Position numbers and translations under genes: made by a program. From Planctomycetota bacterium (GTDB taxonomy: Bacteria; Planctomycetota; JAJSAM01; JAJVHW01), in NCBI GenBank assembly GCA_965248445.1, contig CBDFJG010000004.1, positions 1,152,001-1,216,000 on the forward strand: DNA of 64,000 bases, written 5' to 3'. Shown one piece after another: positions 58,035-64,000 of this stretch; the stretch's first letter is position 1, and the number at the start of each line of letters is the position of its first letter. The notes under the pieces were generated by a model. It ran no database searches and had not been told where the DNA came from. It saw only the letters and a list, made by a program, of their open reading frames with translations.

Positions 58035-59183
58035 ATGAGACTGCTGAAGACACGCCGGATCGCCACACTGATCACCCTGACTCTGGTTGCCGGACTCGCC
58101 ACGGGTGTCCGTGCCGAGGAGGAGCCGGATCGGGCGAAGAAGATCCTCGAGCTCGGCGCCGAGTCCGTTCTCGAGAAGGCTCGCGACGACGCGGGTGCCG
58201 CTCCGGCGGACAACCCCAAGGTGCTGCCCGGACGCGTGAAGTGGCACAGGGACCAGGCCACCGCCGGTCGGGCGGCGCAGGTCTCGGGCAAGCCCGTGCT
58301 GGTGTTCCAGCTGCTCGGGCAGCTCGACGAGGAGTTCTGTTGAACGAACGCGCGCCTCGCGAGGGCCGTGTCGTTCTCGCACCCTGAGTTCGCGAAGTTC
58401 GTCCAGGACCGCTTCGAGCCGACCTGGGAGAGCGTCCGCGACGTTCCCCGCATCTCGATCGACTTCGGCGGCGTCGGCGGCGCGCGCAGACTCGAGCGCA
58501 CGTTGCACGGCAACATCGCAACGTTCGTCGTCCTGCCGGACGGCCTGGTCGCCGACGTCATCCCCGGCCTCTACGACCGTGAGACGTTCCGCGCCCGACT
58601 CACCGCGTCCGCCGACATGGCCGAGCGCATCGCGCGCCTGTCCCCGGAGCTGCGGGTCGATGCCGTGCGCAACCACCACAAGGCGGAACTGGCGCGGCTC
58701 ACCGCACCGGCCGCGACGATCACGGCGGATGTCAGGAAGCGTGTCGTCGAGCGTCCCGTCGAGCGCGCCGTTTCGACGGACACCCCGGAGGTGCCGCTCA
58801 CACCCGAAGCACTGGCCGCGCGGGCCGCAAGGCTCCGCATTCTGATGCGTTCGGTGAGCAAGTCGGGCATCGAGGATCTGATCCAGCCGATCGAGCCGTT
58901 GGACATGACGCGGACGGACTCGAAGTTCCGCATCGAGAAGCCGGTCGAGGCCGCCCTGCCTCGCTTGAACCCGCTGCACCCGGCGCCGGATCTCACGCGC
59001 GACACGGAGAACAACGAGAAGAACCGCCGGCCGGCCGTTCACCGGCTCCTCGCCGGGTACTCGCCGTTCACGGTCTCCGGTCTCTCCGGGCAGGTCTACG
59101 CGGAGATCCTCGGGACCGACCTGACCGACCCGTACCTGGGTCTGGGCGCGGCTCTGTTCGACACGTATCCGTTCGAGCGTTGA
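58035..59183 (+). CDS. Putative exported thioredoxin-like selenoprotein (SelN-like C-U motif; UGA at 58341-58343, codon 103)
   Basis: RBS AAGGAG; signal peptide; KWH......A...GKPVLVFQLLGQLDEEFC*TNAR continues in frame for 279 further codons; hairpin at 58346-58376. Confidence 0.8.
58346..58376 (+). promoter_or_regulatory. Candidate bacterial SECIS hairpin
   Basis: GAACG-CGCG-CCU(CGCG)AGG-GC-CGUG-U-CGUUC, beginning 3 nt after the UGA (folded by eye). Confidence 0.55.
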
Positions 59184-59219
59184 AGCACAGCGTTCAAGAT
59201 CCGACAACGAGATCCACAC

Positions 59220-59244
59220 AGGGCCCGGCCGTCGGCCGGGCCCT
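59220..59244 (+). terminator. GC-rich hairpin, possible terminator (weak U-tract)
   Basis: AGGGCCCGGCC-GTC-GGCCGGGCCCT, a perfect 11-bp stem after the selenoprotein candidate. Confidence 0.6.
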
Positions 59245-59296
59245 CTCTCGTTGGCGTACACTCGCGCGCACCTGTGGAGGTCGGTGCCCCGGATGA

Positions 59297-61417
59297 GTGA
59301 AGAGAGTGAGTGACGAGAGACGGGACCCGCCGCGCGATCTGTCGGCCACGCGATCCCGTTGGACCGTGCGCGCTCTCGTGGCGCTGTTCGTGGGATACCA
59401 CCTGACGCTCTGCGTTCTCAAGTGGCGCGCGTACGGCTACGGAGACTTCGACCTCGCGATCTTCGATCAGGCGGTCTGGAACACGGCGCACCTGAACACA
59501 CCGTTCTCGACGTCGATCCGGTTCGGATCCGTCTTCGCCGATCACGTCCCGCTCATCCTGCTGGGCGCCGTCCCGATCTACTGGCTGCTCGGATGGCTGT
59601 TCCCGGGCGGCCTGATCCTGGTCGCCGTGCAGGCGATCGCCCTCGGCGTCGCAGCGTTCCCATTGCGCAGGCTCGGCAAACAGGCGGCCGGCAACCTGGC
59701 CGGCGTCGCCGTTGCGACCGCGTACCTGCTGCATCCGGCGACGGGCTACCTCGCCCTGTTCGAGTTCCACCCGGGCGCTCTCGCAGTGCCGTTCCTCTGC
59801 TGGAGCGTCTGGGAGTTGCACGCCGAGCGATTCCGCCGCTTCGTGCTGTTCCTCGTCCTCGCGCTCGCGTGCCGCGAGGACGTCGCGCTTCCCGTCGCAA
59901 TGCTCGGCGTGTACGCGCTCTACCGCGCCTGGCGGCTGAACACGCCTCTGCGGTCGTGGCCCGTGCTGCGCTGGGCGGTCGTGCCCGCATCGCTCGCCAT
60001 CGTGTGGTTCGCCGTGGCCGTCGGAGTCGTGATCCCGGCGGCGCAGCCGGAGGGCCAGCAGTCGGACACGACGCCGTTCGTGCAACTCTACGGCCATCTC
60101 GTGGATGGCGCAGACGGTCCAGTCTCGATGGGCGACGTGGCCGGCGCCGTGATCACCAGCCCGATCGCGAGCTTCGAACGATCGTCATCACTGCCGCACA
60201 AGCACGTTCGCGCCTACACGAAGCACCTGATCGCGCCGACGGCAGGGCTGGCGCTGCTGTCCCCTATCGCGTTGCTGCCCGCCCTGCCGACGTACGCGCT
60301 GAACGTGCTCTCCGGGAAGTCCGAGACGTCGTCGGTCTGCTACCAGTACACCGCGAACCTGCTGCCGTTCCTGTTCCTGGCGACGGCGCTGTCGCTCGGA
60401 TGGCTCGCCAAGCTCGGGCCGTTCCGTCGCGTGCCGCGCTTGGCACCGTGCGCGCTGATCCTCGTCGCGACGCTGTCGAACCTCACGTGGGGCAAGGCGT
60501 TCCGACCACTCACAGATCCGCTCGGTGTCGGGGAGGCCAATCCACCTCACCAGCTCTATCGCACGCAGTACCAGCGCAATCACACTCACGACGCGAAGGA
60601 CGCGCTCGTGGCGATGGTGCCCGACGACGCGTCTGTCGTCGCAACGTTCGACTTCCTGCACCGGCTCCCGATGCGCCAGGCGCTGCACTCCTGGCACTAC
60701 GTCCGCGTCGGTTTCGATCCGATCACCGGCGCGCCGCTCGAGACGCCCGACGTCGAGTACGCGCTGCTTGACCTGGCTGACCCGCTGACGGTCGGCTCGT
60801 TCGGCGACGGCGAGTCCGGCCGCCGCCAACGCGCGTACCTCCGCGACCTGTTTGTCGTCGCGCAGGCGGGCACTGCGGTCCTCCTGCGCCGAGGCCGCCG
60901 GGAGGGTGAGCTGTACGGGCATGACGTGACACCGCTCATCGCCACGACCCCGCGCACTCCGTCCACCGACGTGCTGGACTGGCAGCGCACCGGCCTGGCC
61001 ATCGGTCAGCTGAACGTCTCGAGTCTGTTCGAGAGGACCGACGGGAGGGGGCGCGTCGACGTCCGCGTCGAGTGGGCGGCGAGTCAGGCGATGCTCGACG
61101 GCGCAAGCGCCGCCACGGACGGATTCGCCCGCACGGCTCAACTCTGGCTGCACTTCCGGATCACACGCGACGACGACGTGGTGCACCGGTCCACCTGGCC
61201 GCTCGATCTCGGATTGCACCCGTTGTCGGAGTGGACGGGTTTCGAGCCGGTCGAGGGTCTGACGCACGACAGGTTCGTCGCCGCGCGCTACGCGTTGCTC
61301 CTCCCCCCCCGCCTCCCCCCCGGCCCGTTGCGGGGCCTGATGGAGATCTCACAGAGCGACGTGCCGACGGCCCCCGCCTTCGCGGGCGTGGATCTCGGCG
61401 AGTTCGAGGGTCGCTGA
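59297..61417 (+). CDS. DUF2079-family integral membrane protein (GT-C-like)
   Basis: DLAIFDQAVWNT, FADHVPLIL, FEFHP, CREDV, YQYTA. Confidence 0.82.
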   Translation: MKRVSDERRDPPRDLSATRSRWTVRALVALFVGYHLTLCVLKWRAYGYGDFDLAIFDQAVWNTAHLNTPFSTSIRFGSVFADHVPLILLGAVPIYWLLGWLFPGGLILVAVQAIALGVAAFPLRRLGKQAAGNLAGVAVATAYLLHPATGYLALFEFHPGALAVPFLCWSVWELHAERFRRFVLFLVLALACREDVALPVAMLGVYALYRAWRLNTPLRSWPVLRWAVVPASLAIVWFAVAVGVVIPAAQPEGQQSDTTPFVQLYGHLVDGADGPVSMGDVAGAVITSPIASFERSSSLPHKHVRAYTKHLIAPTAGLALLSPIALLPALPTYALNVLSGKSETSSVCYQYTANLLPFLFLATALSLGWLAKLGPFRRVPRLAPCALILVATLSNLTWGKAFRPLTDPLGVGEANPPHQLYRTQYQRNHTHDAKDALVAMVPDDASVVATFDFLHRLPMRQALHSWHYVRVGFDPITGAPLETPDVEYALLDLADPLTVGSFGDGESGRRQRAYLRDLFVVAQAGTAVLLRRGRREGELYGHDVTPLIATTPRTPSTDVLDWQRTGLAIGQLNVSSLFERTDGRGRVDVRVEWAASQAMLDGASAATDGFARTAQLWLHFRITRDDDVVHRSTWPLDLGLHPLSEWTGFEPVEGLTHDRFVAARYALLLPPRLPPGPLRGLMEISQSDVPTAPAFAGVDLGEFEGR

Positions 61418-61498
61418 GGCTCGCAGGCGGCGTCATACGAACTCAGACACTGCGAATTCGCTGGACTGTCAGCGCGTTCGCGCCGAAGAGTGAACCGT

Positions 61499-61906
61499 AT
61501 GCCGTGCGTGCAGCGTGCCGTCGCCCTCGTTCTCCTATGCGCTTACGCGGCGCTGAGTTCGTTCGGTGCGGGGTGGGTTCTCTGCTCGGAGGCCGACGGA
61601 CGCGTGGCGCTCGAGGGCGCTGCCGCGGGCTGCTGCGACACGGCGCATGCAGAAGAAGCGCCCGGCTCTCCTGCTGATCAGGAGCACGACTGCGGCGACT
61701 GCTCGGACGTGGCACTCGACGAACTCACACGCTCTCGCCACGCGGACGACGAGCACGACGCGCCCGACCTGGCGCCCGCTCTCCGCGTTGTCCCGGCGAT
61801 CGCCACGATCGCGCACGCCGCGTCCTGCTCGCCGGAGCGAACACGCGCGCCGCCGCGTCCGCCGCCACAGCGCGCGCACCTCCTGACCGTTCGCCTCCTC
61901 CTCTGA
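61499..61906 (+). CDS. Small Cys/His-rich putative metal-binding protein preceding the efflux operon
   Basis: VLC...DGRVALE, GCCD..H, HDCGDCSD, Pro-rich C-terminus. Confidence 0.65.
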   Translation: MPCVQRAVALVLLCAYAALSSFGAGWVLCSEADGRVALEGAAAGCCDTAHAEEAPGSPADQEHDCGDCSDVALDELTRSRHADDEHDAPDLAPALRVVPAIATIAHAASCSPERTRAPPRPPPQRAHLLTVRLLL

Positions 61907-61951
61907 CCGGCCGGCTCGCTCGAGTCGTTTCCGTTTCCGAGGAGGTTTCCC

Positions 61952-63328
61952 ATGTTCGCCCACGACGGGCGGTGCTGGGCGTGGCTCGGGGCGGCGGTCC
62001 TCCTCTTCGCGACGGGCTGCCGATCCTACGAACCCGCGCCCCTCGACCCCGCCCACATGCTCGCCGAGATCGAGAGCGCGCGACACGTCGCCGCCCCGGC
62101 TCAGCGTCTGCCGTTGGCTGAGGCCGTGTCGCTCGCACGCACGCGCTCGCCGGCCCTGATGACGGCACGCGAGTCCGCTGAGTCCGCGCGCTCACTCGCC
62201 GCGATCGACACGCCGCTGCCGAATCCGACCATCGGCGTCGGGGCGCTGCTGCTGAGCGGCCCGGACATTACCGGCGACACGAAGTGGGGCGCCGAGGGCG
62301 CCGTCGGCTGGCTACTGGATCTCGCCGGCGCACGGGGCGCTGCCCACGACGTGCGCTCAGCAGAGGCCACAGCGGCGAGCGTGTCACTCGCCGGCCGCGA
62401 ACGGGAGACGTACCTGGACGTGCGACGCGCGTTCGCACTGCTTCACACGGCCCGACGCCGCAGCGAGGCGCTCGCCGAGGCGGCACGCGCCGCGGACTCC
62501 TCGCTGAGCGTCACCCACCGGCTGGTCGAGGCGGCTCTCGCAACGGCGCTCGACGTCCGGGACATGGAGGTCGCAACGCACCGCGCCCGGGCCGACCTGC
62601 TCGCCGGACGGGAGGAGGAGGACGAGGCCCGGGCGACCATCGCAGGGCTGACCGGCCTCGCTGCAAGTGCGTTCCCCGACGTCGAAGCGCCTCAGATTCC
62701 CGCCTCCGCGCCGGGCCGCGAGCAACTCCTGGCCGGTCTCCTGCGCGATCACCCGGCTCTCGCGGAACGGCGGGCGGCCTACGACGTCACCGAGGCCGCG
62801 CTGCGCCAGGAGATCACCGCGCAGTTCCCCGGACTGGACGTCGAGCCGTCGGGCGAGCGGGAGGAAGACGCGGAGAAGTGGGGACTCGGCTTCGGCATCG
62901 AGGTGCCGCTCTTCGACCGGAACCAGCTCGGCATCGCCGCGGCCGAGGGCCGGCGGAACGAAGCGCGCGCGGCGTTCGAAGCTGCGCTCTCGCGACAGGT
63001 GGCCGCCATCGATGCCGCCCTCACGCGGCTCGCACACCGTGCAGAGCGGCTGACCCTGCTGCGCGACCAGGCCGAGCCCGCTGCCCGCGCGACCCTCGAC
63101 CTGGCCGACCGAGCGCTCCGCGGTGGAGCCGCGGACGCGCTGCGCTACATGACCGTCGCGCGAACCGAGCGCGAAGTACGGCTCGACCGCCTCGACGCGG
63201 AAGAATCCGTGCTTGAGGCGTGGTGCGACCTCGAGGCGGCATGCGGCTCACCGCTCCTGCGCTTCGCGAGCACCAACGTGAACGCAGCACCGTTGCCCGC
63301 GGCCGCTCCAGAAGGAGATCAGCGATGA
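61952..63328 (+). CDS. TolC/CzcC-like outer-membrane efflux lipoprotein
   Basis: RBS GAGGAGG; lipobox TGC; PNP; IEVPLFDRNQLGI. Confidence 0.88.
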   Translation: MFAHDGRCWAWLGAAVLLFATGCRSYEPAPLDPAHMLAEIESARHVAAPAQRLPLAEAVSLARTRSPALMTARESAESARSLAAIDTPLPNPTIGVGALLLSGPDITGDTKWGAEGAVGWLLDLAGARGAAHDVRSAEATAASVSLAGRERETYLDVRRAFALLHTARRRSEALAEAARAADSSLSVTHRLVEAALATALDVRDMEVATHRARADLLAGREEEDEARATIAGLTGLAASAFPDVEAPQIPASAPGREQLLAGLLRDHPALAERRAAYDVTEAALRQEITAQFPGLDVEPSGEREEDAEKWGLGFGIEVPLFDRNQLGIAAAEGRRNEARAAFEAALSRQVAAIDAALTRLAHRAERLTLLRDQAEPAARATLDLADRALRGGAADALRYMTVARTEREVRLDRLDAEESVLEAWCDLEAACGSPLLRFASTNVNAAPLPAAAPEGDQR

Positions 63329-64000
63329 AGAACGTGGTCCTTTGTATCGTCGGATCGACGCTCCTGGTCACTGCCGGAATCGCCGCCGGCTGGTACGTCG
63401 GAAGCCCCGACGAACCACACGTGGAGGTCGAGGCACCGGACCCGCACGCCGGACACCAGCACGCCGAAGACGAACCGCACGCGGACGAGCCCGACACAGC
63501 AGGCGGCGACCAACCGCTGTCAGCCCAGGCGCTCCAGAATCTCGGGGTCACGGTCGCGAAGGTGAGCCTCTCCGACTTCGTGCTGAGTGTTCGGGTGCAA
63601 GCGAGCGTCGTGGACGCACCGCTGAACGCCCGTCCGGTCACGACGGAGCTCGGCGGCATCGTGACGGAACTGCACGTGCGCCCCGGGCAGAGCGTCCGGC
63701 CGGGCACATCGCTGGCCACGCTGACGCGAACGGCCATCCCGCGCCCCGAGCTTCCTCTCGTCGGCGCGTTGCTGCCGTCGCTCAGTGAGGACCTGCACGA
63801 CGCCGTCGCGTCGTACCGCAACGCCATCACGCAGAGGAAGATCGTGAACCGTGAGCTCGAGCGCGTGCGCCGATTCACGGACACGGGCACGACGAACGGC
63901 CTCCCCATCCTCCCGCGCAAGACGCAGATCGATCTGGAGTACGACCTCGCGCGCGCGGAGCAGGGCCTCACCAACGCCCGTCGGGAGATCGAGCGGCACG
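63325..64000 (+). CDS. RND efflux periplasmic adaptor (CzcB/CusB-like), 3' partial
   Basis: ATGA overlap; TM followed by a His-rich segment (PHAGHQHAEDEPH); GGIVTELHVRPGQSV..G..L lipoyl motif. Confidence 0.85.
   Translation, partial: MKNVVLCIVGSTLLVTAGIAAGWYVGSPDEPHVEVEAPDPHAGHQHAEDEPHADEPDTAGGDQPLSAQALQNLGVTVAKVSLSDFVLSVRVQASVVDAPLNARPVTTELGGIVTELHVRPGQSVRPGTSLATLTRTAIPRPELPLVGALLPSLSEDLHDAVASYRNAITQRKIVNRELERVRRFTDTGTTNGLPILPRKTQIDLEYDLARAEQGLTNARREIERH

Noticed and set aside
57936..59183. Two separate genes (135 aa and 271 aa)
   Set aside because: They share one frame, the thioredoxin-like motif runs across the TGA, and the second ORF lacks an RBS; a single recoded or broken gene fits better.

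Overview
A GC-rich bacterial window. The gene repertoire (HEAT/vWA proteins, carboxypeptidase-regulatory-like repeats, many kinase-ATPase-TPR proteins) suggests a Planctomycetota-like organism, which is inference only. The 1-33 kb part is mostly housekeeping and envelope genes, with a small paralogous membrane-protein family and several lesions. The 33-55 kb part is a plasticity zone: four paralogous Ser/Thr kinase-STAND ATPase-TPR genes (two intact, one frameshifted, one fragment), three tRNA-Arg(ACG) 3' fragments resembling att sites, an unexplained ~35-bp direct repeat that brackets single genes, and three head-to-tail IS1380-family copies each separated by CTAG. The 55-64 kb part holds an OmpR-type two-component system and the start of a czc/cus-like RND efflux operon. 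The best novel candidate lies divergent from the two-component system: a signal-peptide protein that the ORF track splits in two, but which reads through an in-frame UGA in a C-U motif resembling eukaryotic selenoprotein N, with a hairpin just after the UGA. Two inverted GTAACG-N5-GTAACG boxes lie in the shared promoter region. No database searches were run; family calls rest on recognised motifs.
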